A stretch of DNA of 64,000 nt, from IMG/VR virus record IMGVR_UViG_3300018481_000022, positions 858 through 64,857 of that record; one strand, 5' to 3'. Position numbers and translations under genes: made by a program. Origin of the DNA: a virus. Taxonomy: Duplodnaviria; Caudoviricetes. The notes under the pieces were generated by a model, which saw nothing but the letters and a program-made list of their open reading frames with translations, ran no database searches and had not been told where the DNA came from. Of this stretch, positions 1 to 10,120 are shown piece after piece; position 1 is the first letter of the stretch, and the number at the start of each line of letters is the position of its first letter.

Positions 1-101
1 GCCGCTGTCGAGCCTGACCCCGACTCGGGCGCCACGCTGAACCCGATCATGGGGCTTGACGCGGTTTCGAATGGATTGCCGGCGAGGTCTTGGATGGCCA
101 T
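1..101 (-). CDS. N-terminus of a probable virion protein running off the window (MAIQDLAGNPFETASS...)
   Basis: ATG at 101, 12 nt after the stop of the upstream gene; open to position 1; IQDLAGNP is typical of Ig-like (Big) repeats. Confidence 0.4.
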   Translation of the reverse strand, partial: MAIQDLAGNPFETASSPMIGFSVAPESGSGSTA

Positions 102-113
102 AGGAAGGTGCCC

Positions 114-1568
114 TTATGGTAGCGCAGCTATCCCGTACTCCGCCTTAGCCCACGCCTCAAATTGCGCGCGTATCTCGGGCGTCTGGACCGACGCGCACAG
201 CGCGTACAGAGCCCATCGGCCAACAAAGTTGATGGCACCGTTAGCGCTTCGCAGAATCGTGCCCACGCCTGCGCCGCCGGGCACGCTGAACGCTGGCGAT
301 CCTGCCACGAACCGATCGGCGCCGTTGAATCGCCACGTCCACTCGGTCGAACTGCTACGCGTATTGATTGCCCATGGCGCTTCGAATGATGCTTTGGGCA
401 TGCTCGGAAACTCCCAGCGCGTCGCCGATCCAAAGTTGTCGTAGACAACGCCGTTGAGAGGAATATGTGCGGCGACAGCGCTCGGGCCGACGTTATCGAA
501 GCCTGTCTTCAAGTAGTCCGTTGGATTGCCGTCGTCGTGCGCGCCTATGACGAAGCGCTCGACGCCAGTCAGATTTGTCGGCAATGACGGCAACTGCAAC
601 GCTGGACCGCGCAGCACGGGCTTGCCATTGAACGCAGGGTCAGCTGCGACATAGACCGGATTCGACGCGTATGCCATGAGATAACCGCCGAGCGAGCCGC
701 GGTTCTCGACTCGTAGAATATTGCTGCCGCTTAGCTGTACGTAAGCAGTTTTAGGGTCGACGTATACGAGCACGTTCTTCAAGAAATACAGTGGATGATC
801 CGGGATAGCGGTCAGTGCGTACTCTGCTCTGGCCCATGCTTCGAACTTTGCGCGCGAAGCCTGTGTCTGCACGGTCCCGCACACGATGTACAGCGCCCAT
901 CGTCCCTTGAACTTGGCTGCCGACGTCCCGCGACTTCGCATGATTTCGGAGGGGTGATGAAACTGGAAGTTGCGCCCCGTGGCTGTGAACCTGACAGAGC
1001 CATTCATTATCCATTGCCACGGCAGATCGGATTGATTGCCGTGTCGCGTATTGATAATCCACGGCGTCGTGAATCCGGTGGGCTTCGGGAAGCTATACGC
1101 GGGCCCCTCCTCGCAAAATCCGTCGTGGATCGTTCCGCTCGTGTGCGGAATATTCGTAGTATAGTAATCGCTCGTGTCAGACATCCCGATTGCTTCAAAC
1201 CCTGTGTTGGCCGCCGCGGGCGACTCGACATCGTGAACGCCAACCGCGAAGCGCTCCATCTGTCCGGTGTTCGGCAAGTTCGGTAACTGGTACCAGCTAC
1301 CGTCACCCTGCCACGTGGGCTTGCCGTTGAAGCCAGGATCGCTCGCCAAATACGGCGACTGCGTCGAGCCGGCGCCCGGTGCGACGGCGCCGAGACTCCC
1401 TCTGTTAGTGAAGCTCGCCACCTTGCCAGCATTCAGCGTTACGTACGAACTCGCTGGATCTAGATACACGAGCACGTTCTGAAGAAACGTCAGCGGGTGC
1501 GGGAATGGATTTACTGGAACAAATGGCTCTGACTCATACGTCAGAAGCGGCTGTCCGGGGCGCGCCAT
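114..1568 (-). CDS. Putative tail fibre/receptor-binding protein with two tandem LamG/ConA-like beta-sandwich domains
   Basis: Internal duplication (HPL.FL.NVLVY.DP...NRGSLG...FNGKP...F.GRWALY..C..VQT...RA.FEAWA.AEY twice); lies downstream of baseplate genes. Confidence 0.6.
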   Translation of the reverse strand: MARPGQPLLTYESEPFVPVNPFPHPLTFLQNVLVYLDPASSYVTLNAGKVASFTNRGSLGAVAPGAGSTQSPYLASDPGFNGKPTWQGDGSWYQLPNLPNTGQMERFAVGVHDVESPAAANTGFEAIGMSDTSDYYTTNIPHTSGTIHDGFCEEGPAYSFPKPTGFTTPWIINTRHGNQSDLPWQWIMNGSVRFTATGRNFQFHHPSEIMRSRGTSAAKFKGRWALYIVCGTVQTQASRAKFEAWARAEYALTAIPDHPLYFLKNVLVYVDPKTAYVQLSGSNILRVENRGSLGGYLMAYASNPVYVAADPAFNGKPVLRGPALQLPSLPTNLTGVERFVIGAHDDGNPTDYLKTGFDNVGPSAVAAHIPLNGVVYDNFGSATRWEFPSMPKASFEAPWAINTRSSSTEWTWRFNGADRFVAGSPAFSVPGGAGVGTILRSANGAINFVGRWALYALCASVQTPEIRAQFEAWAKAEYGIAALP

Positions 1569-1569
1569 A

Positions 1570-2004
1570 CTAGGTCACCGCCTTCGGCTGCACGGACCCC
1601 ACGAACAACACCTTCGCGCCGCCTACGTCGCACAGTGCGTAGGTCAGTATCGTCACCGCGTTCGCCGCTTTATTCACGTCAATCGCGCCGCTCATAGATA
1701 CGGTTGTATACCCAGCGGCCGTAACAGCGGTAACACCTCTATTGCCGATTGCATCTTGCCGAATCCAGATCGCACCTTCGCGGTCTGTTTCAGGGTTTAG
1801 CAAGGCAATGGCCATATCTCCGATCATCACATCCGTCATTCTGAAGTTGAATGCGATAGCGGCATCAAGCTGTCTCGTTGCTGCATACAGAAACGGCGCA
1901 GCGGCACGAATCGTGAGCGCTACATTGCCAAAACTTTTATCGCTATAAACCACAGGCCCGGGCGTTGTGATCGCGTCAACGCCCATCGTCGGGATGTAGG
2001 TCAT
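1570..2004 (-). CDS. Small tail fibre-associated protein
   Basis: ATG at 2004 overlaps the upstream TGA (ATGA); IRQDAIGNR resembles the QDxTGxR motif of fibre domains. Confidence 0.55.
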   Translation of the reverse strand: MTYIPTMGVDAITTPGPVVYSDKSFGNVALTIRAAAPFLYAATRQLDAAIAFNFRMTDVMIGDMAIALLNPETDREGAIWIRQDAIGNRGVTAVTAAGYTTVSMSGAIDVNKAANAVTILTYALCDVGGAKVLFVGSVQPKAVT

Positions 2005-4424
2005 ACGAGACTCCACGCGGTTCCGTTGTAGATCCAGTGCAACGACACGCCCGCCACTCCGATCGCGAAGCTCGCTACAAACGACTTCGTGAACGGATTC
2101 CAAACGAGCTTGCCGTTCCCGTTCACCGTCAGAGGCGTCAAGCTTCCGGCCGTCTCGACGATGGCAAAATGTGCACCGTTGCTCGGTGAGGCCGGCGCAG
2201 TCAGCGTGAACGCGCCGCCGGTTGTGTTGTAGCCTTGGCGCGCATTCGCCGCGACCGTGGCGTTGCTTGTTGCGATTCCGGCCCAATTCATTTCGTCATC
2301 CCCCTGCGTCGGCACCGCTTCGCCGCCGATCACGACCAAGATACTTGAATCCGCGTTGTTCGTGAAATTGCCGCCCGCGTTGTCTGCGACTCTACGCGTC
2401 CACGCGATGCCATCGGGCGAAGTCATCACGAGCCCGTATGCGTGTCCAACCGCGATGAAGTTGCCCGCGCGTGAATCCCAAGCACAGCCAAGAAGGCTCT
2501 TCTCGCCAGCGGCCGGAGTGCGCGACGTCCATGTGACGCCGTCGGGCGACGTCTGAATGCGCGACTGTCCGCTCTCGCCTTCGCCCACAGCAAGCCACAG
2601 GTTCAGCGCTGGCGAATAACAGACGGCCCATGGTTCCATCAGGTCGATCGCGCTCATAGGCCGTCGCGTCCACGTGACGCCGTCGGGCGACGTCTGACAT
2701 TCGAGTCCGTCACCGACCGCGACGAACTGATGTTGCGCTTCCGACCATGCGACGCTACGAAAGCCGGCGCTCGCGCCGATGTAGTTGTTTGCGGCCGTGC
2801 GTCGCGTCCACACTGAACCATTGGGCGACGTCCAGATCGAACCGCGAATCCCGACGCCGATGTGCAGGCCAAGAGCCGGCGCATAGCACCCGTCGTACCA
2901 GATGTCGCTTGCGCCCGCTGGCGCGCCGCCCGTGGGCCCCGTGCCCGTTCCGCTGTCGGGGTTGATCGCCGAACTCCACGAAAGCCCGTCGTTGGTCGAA
3001 TAGTGGACGTTAGGCAAAGTCAAATTCGAATATATGTAGTGGTTGACAACCCACACCCCATTTCCATACCAACACGCCCCGTTATCTTCAGTCGTTCCGA
3101 ACGGTGTCGACTGTGCCCACGTCTCGCCATTGTCAGCCGAGCGGAACACAACGCCCGCGTCGCCGACGAAAATCACAACGCCCGTTGTCGGATTTCGATC
3201 GCCGTTTCGCATCGTGCCAGCGGGCGGAAAGTATTTTCGCGTCCACGTGACACCGCCGTCGCTCGACACCTGCACTTCCATCGGCGCAGAAATCGCGCCC
3301 AAGATCGCACGCAAGACCGGCGGCCCGGCGAGCTGTGCCGCGACCCCGTCGACCGCCGCGATTGCGTCCACAGTCGACCGACTGTGCAGTGTGCTCATGA
3401 TCAGCACTGCAAGACCATCGACCCCGTCGACCTCGTCAGAAGCCTCGACGTCGAAGACCTCGCCCGGCATAGGCCCGACCTCGACCGACTCTTCGAGCAT
3501 GTCGCCCGCGTCGAGGTCGTCGAAGAACTCGGTATCGTAGCTCTGACCCGGCACGGGCCCGAGCACGGTCAACGTGTACAAGTGCCCGGGAACTTGGCCC
3601 GTCGTTTGCAGAACCACGACAGAGCCTTCAACGCTCCGCACGTCGATCGTCACGATGCCGCCCGCCCACAGGTAGTTTCTCGGGTTGCGCGCCGACGCGT
3701 TGTCGATAATGGGTTCGCTGAAATGCACTTCGACTTCGGTCGACGACCTCGCGATCACGAGATGTAGCGTCGGCGCCACGCCGATCCCGACATACGAAAC
3801 GGGCGCCACGTGCCCGACTTCGCCCGCGGCGCCTCGAATGGCCTCAGTCAGAGCGACTTCATACGTCGCACCTTCGGTATGCTCGGTCGTCACGACCTCG
3901 ACATAAAACGGGTTCGGCTGCCCCGGCGGCAAGCCAACCGACACCGGCACGACCTCGACGCTACCCGACGACAGATTCTTGAAGCGGTAGTTCGCAGTAT
4001 TCGTCAGCGCCGCATTGATCAGCGTCGGCACCTCGAAGTCGATTCGCACTTTCACTTCGGTCAGCGCGCGCGCATCTGCAATCCCGAACTGGATCGTCGC
4101 CTGACTCGACAGTGCGTCGACCGTGCTGACGATGTCGCCAAGCAAAACGCTACGCGGAATGAACAGGCCATCAGCAACCACGACCTCGTCACCAAGCGCA
4201 ACCTGATGAAGATCGCCAATGAACAGATCGTCGATGACCGCGACCTCGTCGCCGAACGGTCCAAGCTGAACAAGTTCACCGACCCCATGCTCAGCGAACA
4301 CGATTTCGTCGTCGATGTACCGAGAGTGAATGATTTCTTGCTTCAGCTGATCGGGCTCGAAGCCGCTTCTTGTGTCAACAAGAAGGGCGACTTCGTCGTC
4401 GATCGTCTGTGTGAATTCCGCCAT
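2001..4424 (-). CDS. Baseplate/tail fibre protein with Ig-like region and Asp-box (BNR) beta-propeller
   Basis: Repeated S.DG.TW Asp-boxes (SSDGGVTW, SADNGETW, TSPDGVTW x2, TSPDGIAW); C-terminal NTTGGAFTLTAPASP fibre-type domain; follows baseplate J. Confidence 0.7.
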   Translation of the reverse strand: MAEFTQTIDDEVALLVDTRSGFEPDQLKQEIIHSRYIDDEIVFAEHGVGELVQLGPFGDEVAVIDDLFIGDLHQVALGDEVVVADGLFIPRSVLLGDIVSTVDALSSQATIQFGIADARALTEVKVRIDFEVPTLINAALTNTANYRFKNLSSGSVEVVPVSVGLPPGQPNPFYVEVVTTEHTEGATYEVALTEAIRGAAGEVGHVAPVSYVGIGVAPTLHLVIARSSTEVEVHFSEPIIDNASARNPRNYLWAGGIVTIDVRSVEGSVVVLQTTGQVPGHLYTLTVLGPVPGQSYDTEFFDDLDAGDMLEESVEVGPMPGEVFDVEASDEVDGVDGLAVLIMSTLHSRSTVDAIAAVDGVAAQLAGPPVLRAILGAISAPMEVQVSSDGGVTWTRKYFPPAGTMRNGDRNPTTGVVIFVGDAGVVFRSADNGETWAQSTPFGTTEDNGACWYGNGVWVVNHYIYSNLTLPNVHYSTNDGLSWSSAINPDSGTGTGPTGGAPAGASDIWYDGCYAPALGLHIGVGIRGSIWTSPNGSVWTRRTAANNYIGASAGFRSVAWSEAQHQFVAVGDGLECQTSPDGVTWTRRPMSAIDLMEPWAVCYSPALNLWLAVGEGESGQSRIQTSPDGVTWTSRTPAAGEKSLLGCAWDSRAGNFIAVGHAYGLVMTSPDGIAWTRRVADNAGGNFTNNADSSILVVIGGEAVPTQGDDEMNWAGIATSNATVAANARQGYNTTGGAFTLTAPASPSNGAHFAIVETAGSLTPLTVNGNGKLVWNPFTKSFVASFAIGVAGVSLHWIYNGTAWSLV

Positions 4425-4434
4425 AGGCCCCGCT

Positions 4435-6615
4435 TCACTCTCTGATGACGACCTTCAAGATGCCCGCGACCGGAAGCTGTCGCGAGGTCAAGACCAAATC
4501 TTCGCTTGGCGCCGTGATGTCGACGTCGGTGATGCGCTTCTCGTCGACCTTGAACACCTCGTGTGTGAGCCGCGAAATGGGTATGCGCCCGCCGAAGTTC
4601 CACTCGTAGGTAACGCCGTCGGCCTTCAGCGCTTCGGGCTGAACGACCTGTGTCAGCCCATTCACAATCTGTGCTTCGGTCACGCCTTCAGACGCCTCGA
4701 CGTCGACGACGACGTCGATCACGCGCGGATCGAACGACACGGCATACACTTGCTGATTCCCGACGTAGTGACCCGGAATCGGCGGCGAAGCGTACTTGTC
4801 GCCGTTGAAGTACAGCTCGATTTCGCGCAGGTGCTCGGAGGTCGGCACGACACCGCCCGACCCACACAGGATCAACTCAAGCGTCTTCGGCCCGAAACCT
4901 TCTTCGATGTAGCTCGCCCGGCTGAACGGTCGCGTGCCATCCGACGCGACGAACGCCTTCGCGAGCACGATCGCGTCGTCACCGTTCAGCGCGACTTCTT
5001 TCGTGCGCAGTGACGCAGGCCCGGCGAGCTTGGCCCGTTCAAGGCTCTCGGGCGAAGCGCCTTCGGCTTCTGCCCAACCGCTCGCTTGACGCGGGTTGTA
5101 GAGCCGGTTGACGTAGGTCAGGCCCGTCTTGTCGACGACGATCGTATTCGCCCCGACGTTCCCGCTGACTTCCGCGTTGAAGCGGTAGCTGATCGACACG
5201 TTCCCTTGACCAAGCGCCGGAATGCGCCCCGTCACGCCGTCGCCCATGCGCACGGTCGCGCGGTCGTTGTCGCCCAACACGAGCATATAGTGTTTGTCTT
5301 GGGGGCCCGATGCCAGGAAGTCGTCGACCCGCGTCCACGGTTCAGCGTCGACCGTCACGGCCTCGCTTCCGTCGATGAAATGATCCCGGCTCGTTCGAAA
5401 CTCCTGATTCGGGCCGCCGTTCGACGAGCCGAGCGGGTCGTCACTCGCTGACCTGCCCTGCGTCACCGGGGCGATCACGAACTGAGCGCGAGTGTCGAGC
5501 CGACAGCGCGCCAGCGTCGGCGAAGTCGCGCCGCTCACCGTCACGACTCTAAATCGCAGCCAAAACGCTTCGAGCCCGTTGACCGTCGCCTTCTGCCAAT
5601 TCGCGAAATCATCTTGCGGAAGGTCGAAACTGACCTTCAGCTCGGTGCCCGCCTTGGTCAGACCTTCGGTGCCGTCGACGAACGCCGACTCAGACGAGAC
5701 AACGAACTCCGACCACGCTGTGCCGACCGTGTAGTCAGTCGCCGTCTCTGACGGCGCCGTCTGCCCGAGAAGCCCCGTCAGCGCGACGTTCGCAAACCCG
5801 TTCCATGTCGACACGACGTCTTCCGACACGCCCGTTTCATTGATGGTCACGCACACCGTCGCACCGCGCCGATCGGCGGGCCCTAAGAGCGACGTCAGGT
5901 CAAATTCGAGCACACCGCCGCCGATATTCGTCACCGAGCTCGGCTGAATGTCGAAGACGTCGCCGTCGTAGTATTCCCACACGCCGACGATGTTCGTCAG
6001 CGCCGTCACGACGTCGAGCGCGAGTTCATCCCACATCACGCTGTCGTGCCCAAAATAGAGCGCGTCGCCTATCGTAGGCGACGACCACGGGGTGAAGCTG
6101 GTTCCGCCGTTCGCCTCGCTCGTGTGATCCGTAAAAACGCCCCCGCTTGACGACTCGACGCGTGTAAAACTGTCGGTCGCCGACACCGTCACACCGTCAA
6201 GCGCCTCGAAGTAGATGACCGGGGTCGTCGTCGAGCTTCGAGTCGCGGCCTGCGCCAGCGGGGGCACGACCTCGAAGACCGTGTTGAACACGCGCGCAAG
6301 CTCGTAGACAAGCTCGCTACTCGCTGGCGCCGCTGAAGCCAAGTCGTAGCCGATCAGCTGCAACATGTTGCGCACCGTCTCGACGAGTTGCGCCGTCGGC
6401 AACGTGTTTTCGTTCGCGACGACGTCAAGCAAGACATTGTTCAGGTGCCCGACGAGCGCGAACGAGCGCAAGAGCTGAATGAACGGCTCGAAGTCGCTTT
6501 CGTCGGTGAGTTCCGGCACGTCGATCCGCTTGCGCACAAGAAGCGCTTCAAGGATCTGTGGGTAGTAGAAGGCGCTGTATTCGAACGATGGTACGACAAT
6601 CGTTTTTGATGCCAT
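4435..6615 (-). CDS. Baseplate J-like wedge protein
   Basis: PELTD...EPFIQLL...DVVANE..LPTA N-terminus; LGSSNGGPNQEF; GDGVTGRIP; ESLERAK..GPASLR; start re-set to MASKTIVV at 6615. Confidence 0.85.
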   Translation of the reverse strand: MASKTIVVPSFEYSAFYYPQILEALLVRKRIDVPELTDESDFEPFIQLLRSFALVGHLNNVLLDVVANENTLPTAQLVETVRNMLQLIGYDLASAAPASSELVYELARVFNTVFEVVPPLAQAATRSSTTTPVIYFEALDGVTVSATDSFTRVESSSGGVFTDHTSEANGGTSFTPWSSPTIGDALYFGHDSVMWDELALDVVTALTNIVGVWEYYDGDVFDIQPSSVTNIGGGVLEFDLTSLLGPADRRGATVCVTINETGVSEDVVSTWNGFANVALTGLLGQTAPSETATDYTVGTAWSEFVVSSESAFVDGTEGLTKAGTELKVSFDLPQDDFANWQKATVNGLEAFWLRFRVVTVSGATSPTLARCRLDTRAQFVIAPVTQGRSASDDPLGSSNGGPNQEFRTSRDHFIDGSEAVTVDAEPWTRVDDFLASGPQDKHYMLVLGDNDRATVRMGDGVTGRIPALGQGNVSISYRFNAEVSGNVGANTIVVDKTGLTYVNRLYNPRQASGWAEAEGASPESLERAKLAGPASLRTKEVALNGDDAIVLAKAFVASDGTRPFSRASYIEEGFGPKTLELILCGSGGVVPTSEHLREIELYFNGDKYASPPIPGHYVGNQQVYAVSFDPRVIDVVVDVEASEGVTEAQIVNGLTQVVQPEALKADGVTYEWNFGGRIPISRLTHEVFKVDEKRITDVDITAPSEDLVLTSRQLPVAGILKVVIRE

Positions 6616-6628
6616 GTCGGATCGCCTC

Positions 6629-7018
6629 TTACGTGTTGGGGGCGGCCGCGCTGAAGCTCTCGCGGAACGTCTGTTCGCGATCGCTTTCGAGCGCCACATA
6701 CTTGAACTCTAAAATCAGCTCTTGCGTCTGGCTGTCTTGCGACCACCTGATCGTGTTTCGGCGCAGCATGTATCGCTTCTGAGCCTCGAAACGCTTGAAG
6801 ACCTCGTTGACGCGACGGATGATCGACGCCTGCAAGAGCTCGTCAGACACATCGAAGACCATGTCGGCGCCGACGCCGATATTTTGTTGAAACGCGTGTT
6901 CGTTGGCGTCGTCACCGAGCGCGAGTCGAATGACCTTGTCGTCGTTCTCGTCGCCGCTAGACAGGCGCGCGCCGCCGTCTACGCCCACGCCTACGGGCAT
7001 CGCTAGGCCAGTGGCCAT
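6629..7018 (-). CDS. gp25/GPW-like baseplate wedge protein
   Basis: Size, position between spike and baseplate J, G.G..MVF...FE.R pattern. Confidence 0.75.
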   Translation of the reverse strand: MATGLAMPVGVGVDGGARLSSGDENDDKVIRLALGDDANEHAFQQNIGVGADMVFDVSDELLQASIIRRVNEVFKRFEAQKRYMLRRNTIRWSQDSQTQELILEFKYVALESDREQTFRESFSAAAPNT

Positions 7019-7278
7019 CAGCTTAGCCCCCCGGGCGGCACCGTCGTAGGCCCGCCCGAGAGCGGGATAGGGGCCGGATTCAAGACGGGCGCCGCGATGG
7101 GCGCCGCCGCGATGACGACCGTTCCCGGCGGTATGCTGACCGACGCGAGCGCCGTCTTCACGTAGGCGTCGATCGCGTCTGCGATGATCGTGGCTGCCCC
7201 TTCCGCGGTCTTCTCGTTCGAAAGGTCTTCGAAGAGCGCCTGAAGTGCCGACTTCAACCCTGCCTTGTCGAGCGCCAT
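7018..7278 (-). CDS. Small baseplate spike-associated protein
   Basis: MAL.K..L...A..IADAID.YVK pattern common directly after spike genes. Confidence 0.55.
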   Translation of the reverse strand: MALDKAGLKSALQALFEDLSNEKTAEGAATIIADAIDAYVKTALASVSIPPGTVVIAAAPIAAPVLNPAPIPLSGGPTTVPPGGLS

Positions 7279-7282
7279 AGCT

Positions 7283-7984
7283 TCACCCCAATTTTACCTT
7301 CTTGCTGAGCGTTGTCGGCGGTTGTGGCACAATCGGCGGCCCGCTCGGCCCTGTCGGCGTCGGGTGCGTATGCGTGTCGAAGTACGCCTTGAACAGGTCG
7401 CCCAAGATCGCCGATTCGCTTCCGCCGTTCAGCTCGATCACGTCGGTCGTCACGACCACCTTTCCCGTGTTCGAGTCCATGACGAAGGTCGCGCCCTTCG
7501 TGTTCTTCAGCGTCAACGAGCCCTTCGGGTCGATCGTCAGAAACGCACTTCCATCTTTCCACGCCAGCGTGATTTCTTCGGCGCCCTTCGTGTCGTCGAA
7601 CATGAACACATGCCCGGCGGGTGTCGCGAACCCGCGGCGTTTGCCGTAGTTTTTCGACGTAAACATCGCGTGAATCGGCGTAGGTACGTCGCCTTCGTCG
7701 TTGCCGTAGTAGCGCGACCCGCGCCACTTCAGATCCAGATTGTCGATCGACATCTGGCCCTTTTGCTCGTCTTCCGACGACCCCTCGACGCACTCGACCT
7801 CGACCAACTCGCCGACATCCGGCACGACGAACCAGCCCCAATCGTGCACCGGCTCGACATCGACCGGAATTTCGGTGTCTTCGTCGCCCATCAAGCCGAC
7901 ACAGGTCACCCGAATCACGCCCCGCTTGTCGGGGTCTTGATTGAAAGTGACTTGCGCTGTGTAGGTTGCTGTGCTGATCGCCAT
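7283..7984 (-). CDS. Baseplate spike (gpV/Gp5-like)
   Basis: OB-fold DPDKRG.IRV, WFVVPDVGELVEVE, TPAGH.FMFDD, C-terminal HTH-P (HxH) metal-binding apex. Confidence 0.9.
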   Translation of the reverse strand: MAISTATYTAQVTFNQDPDKRGVIRVTCVGLMGDEDTEIPVDVEPVHDWGWFVVPDVGELVEVECVEGSSEDEQKGQMSIDNLDLKWRGSRYYGNDEGDVPTPIHAMFTSKNYGKRRGFATPAGHVFMFDDTKGAEEITLAWKDGSAFLTIDPKGSLTLKNTKGATFVMDSNTGKVVVTTDVIELNGGSESAILGDLFKAYFDTHTHPTPTGPSGPPIVPQPPTTLSKKVKLG

Positions 7985-7993
7985 GGCTTGCCT

Positions 7994-9319
7994 TCACGCG
8001 AGCTCGGGAACGACTTTGCGCATGGAACAGTTCAGCTCGTAGCCCGAGCTGTTCGAAAGCACGTGATGCACGTTCGAAAAGAAGTAGTCGCCGTCGAGCC
8101 CCATACCGATCCCCGTCAGCGCGTGCGTCTGACGAGCCATGACGTTTTCGACCCCGATGATCGTGCCACTCGACAGAACGAAGTTCTCTCGTGTGCGCCG
8201 AAACCACTGGCGCGCCCATTGAATCAACTCGGCCTCGCTCCGGAAGCGTCGATTCGTGCGCGCCTCGAAGCTGTAGTCGTTGATGAAGAGCTTCACAGTC
8301 GAGGCCGACTTGTATTCGCCCTGTAGCGCATTGCCCTCGACGTCGAACTCGACGTCGTCGCGCACGACCGCAAGCGGATCGGGCGTCTCTTCGTTCTCTT
8401 CGTCGAAGGTCGCGTCGAAAATCTTGCCCGTCAGCGGATCCTTCACGCGCGCCTGAAGCTTCGTCGTCGCACCTTGGATCGCAAGTTCAGGCTCGAATTC
8501 AAGAAGCGAACTCAGGTTCCGCTGATCGTAGCGGAACGTGTATTTCTTCTCTTGAATGACCTCGCGCGGCAACTTGGCAGGGTTCTTGAAGTGCAACGTC
8601 CACTTGCCGTCTTCCTTGCCGTCAACCCAAAAATAATAGCCCGTGATGTTCGATAACCCCTTGATGAAGTCGTAGTCGCTCAGCCCGACCTTCTGAAAGA
8701 AGTTGTGCGGCGATCGCACATCCGGGGTGTCGTCGACGTCAAGCTCGAAGTCGTAGGCGCTGGCGCGCTGACGCACAGCGTCACCGAACGTCGCTTCCTT
8801 GAACGCGCGCCCGTTCTTCGTCTTCTTCTTGCCCTTGCCCTTCGGGGGCTTTTCCTTCGGGGGCAGGGGCGCGTTGTCCATCATGGCCGAGTCTTTCGTG
8901 TAGCCGATCACTTCGACGGTTGGGATCTCGTCGCGCGGGAAGTTCGGGCGCACCTTCCGAATGATCACGCGCCCCACGTGTCGAAGCTTCGTGCCGTAGC
9001 CGAGCCACAGCGACATCTCGTTTCCCGGTTGGAACACGCGCGTATCACGTAGCGACAAGTGACTTCCGCTGCCCGCGCCGCCCGCGCCTAAACCACGCGA
9101 GCCCGTCGCCATGAGACCCTTCGGGGGCGAATATCGGGGGTCGCGGAACACGACACGCATCAAATCAGCCATGCCGTCAGACGACTCGTATTCGACCCGT
9201 TCGACGAGCTGTCGAATACCGAGCGGCACCTGTCCGCCGCCGACCGCGATCCGAAAGTCGGGCGCGTTGAAAGCGACGTCGGTCGTATACGGATGACTCA
9301 GCGTGGATACATCAACCAT
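7994..9319 (-). CDS. Baseplate hub (late control D/gp27-like)
   Basis: LWLGYG, Q.GLSDYDF, G.GLDGDYF..VHH motifs; synteny. Confidence 0.85.
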   Translation of the reverse strand: MVDVSTLSHPYTTDVAFNAPDFRIAVGGGQVPLGIRQLVERVEYESSDGMADLMRVVFRDPRYSPPKGLMATGSRGLGAGGAGSGSHLSLRDTRVFQPGNEMSLWLGYGTKLRHVGRVIIRKVRPNFPRDEIPTVEVIGYTKDSAMMDNAPLPPKEKPPKGKGKKKTKNGRAFKEATFGDAVRQRASAYDFELDVDDTPDVRSPHNFFQKVGLSDYDFIKGLSNITGYYFWVDGKEDGKWTLHFKNPAKLPREVIQEKKYTFRYDQRNLSSLLEFEPELAIQGATTKLQARVKDPLTGKIFDATFDEENEETPDPLAVVRDDVEFDVEGNALQGEYKSASTVKLFINDYSFEARTNRRFRSEAELIQWARQWFRRTRENFVLSSGTIIGVENVMARQTHALTGIGMGLDGDYFFSNVHHVLSNSSGYELNCSMRKVVPELA

Positions 9320-9322
9320 GGT

Positions 9323-10117
9323 TCACCTGAGATGCGACACGTAGTCGCCCGAGCGCTTGTCGAAGAACTGAAGACGAAGCCGGCGCTGTGGTGAGTCCTT
9401 TCGGCCGAAAGCTGTTTTCAGGGGTATCGATGTCTGTGTGATCGGCACGCCGCGCACGCCTTCGATCGACGGTAGGGTGACGATGTCGCCCGCTTCGAGG
9501 CTCTGTAGCGCGGGGTGCTTCTTCCGAATGACGTCGCCGATCATCGGGTTGCCGTACTCTTCGAACGCCAAGAGCTCGAAGTAATCACGGTCACGAGCGC
9601 GCGCGTAGCGCGTGTCTGTCTCTTCCGCGTCGTCTAGGCTGAACGTCGTGAACTCAAGAAGCGAAGCGGTGAAACCGACGTCGCGCAGGCCGCCGAAGAA
9701 ATCCGGGCGCTCGTAAGTCGCCGACAGCGCCACGATCACACAGTTGATCGTCACGTGCCCGTCGCCGACCCAAAATTGCAAGATGGGCGGTCGACGAAGC
9801 GCCGGGTCGATGCGCGTCCACGCCGTCAACATGTCGAGCTTCGCTTCGGGCGAAGAGTCGAGCGCATGCTTCGAGAAGAAACGTCCGTCGAACGACACCC
9901 GCTCGGCTGCCCCGTTCAGAAATTGCAGGATCGGATTCTGACGATTCAGCGAAGTAAACTCGCCCCAATTGACCGCGATTTCACGCGTCACGTTCTCGGC
10001 CTCGAACTGCCCCTGTAGCGTCTGGCCCGAGTCCAAGTTGCGCAGGTTCCACAGCTTGAAATTCGGTATGAACGTCGTCGCGAGCGCCACACCGGCCGAT
10101 AGAAGCGGGCTGACCAT
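9323..10117 (-). CDS. Tail tube initiator (CIS tube/LysM-tail X-like)
   Basis: PILQF.NG, RPPILQFW.G N-terminal domain plus C-terminal L.LAFEEYG.P...I...L.AGD.V.LP LysM-like region. Confidence 0.75.
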   Translation of the reverse strand: MVSPLLSAGVALATTFIPNFKLWNLRNLDSGQTLQGQFEAENVTREIAVNWGEFTSLNRQNPILQFLNGAAERVSFDGRFFSKHALDSSPEAKLDMLTAWTRIDPALRRPPILQFWVGDGHVTINCVIVALSATYERPDFFGGLRDVGFTASLLEFTTFSLDDAEETDTRYARARDRDYFELLAFEEYGNPMIGDVIRKKHPALQSLEAGDIVTLPSIEGVRGVPITQTSIPLKTAFGRKDSPQRRLRLQFFDKRSGDYVSHLR

Positions 10118-10120
10118 GGT

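Noticed and set aside
114-1568. Diversity-generating retroelement target/template pair
   Set aside because: The two halves are in-frame and diverged at all base types rather than at adenines only; no reverse transcriptase is in the window.
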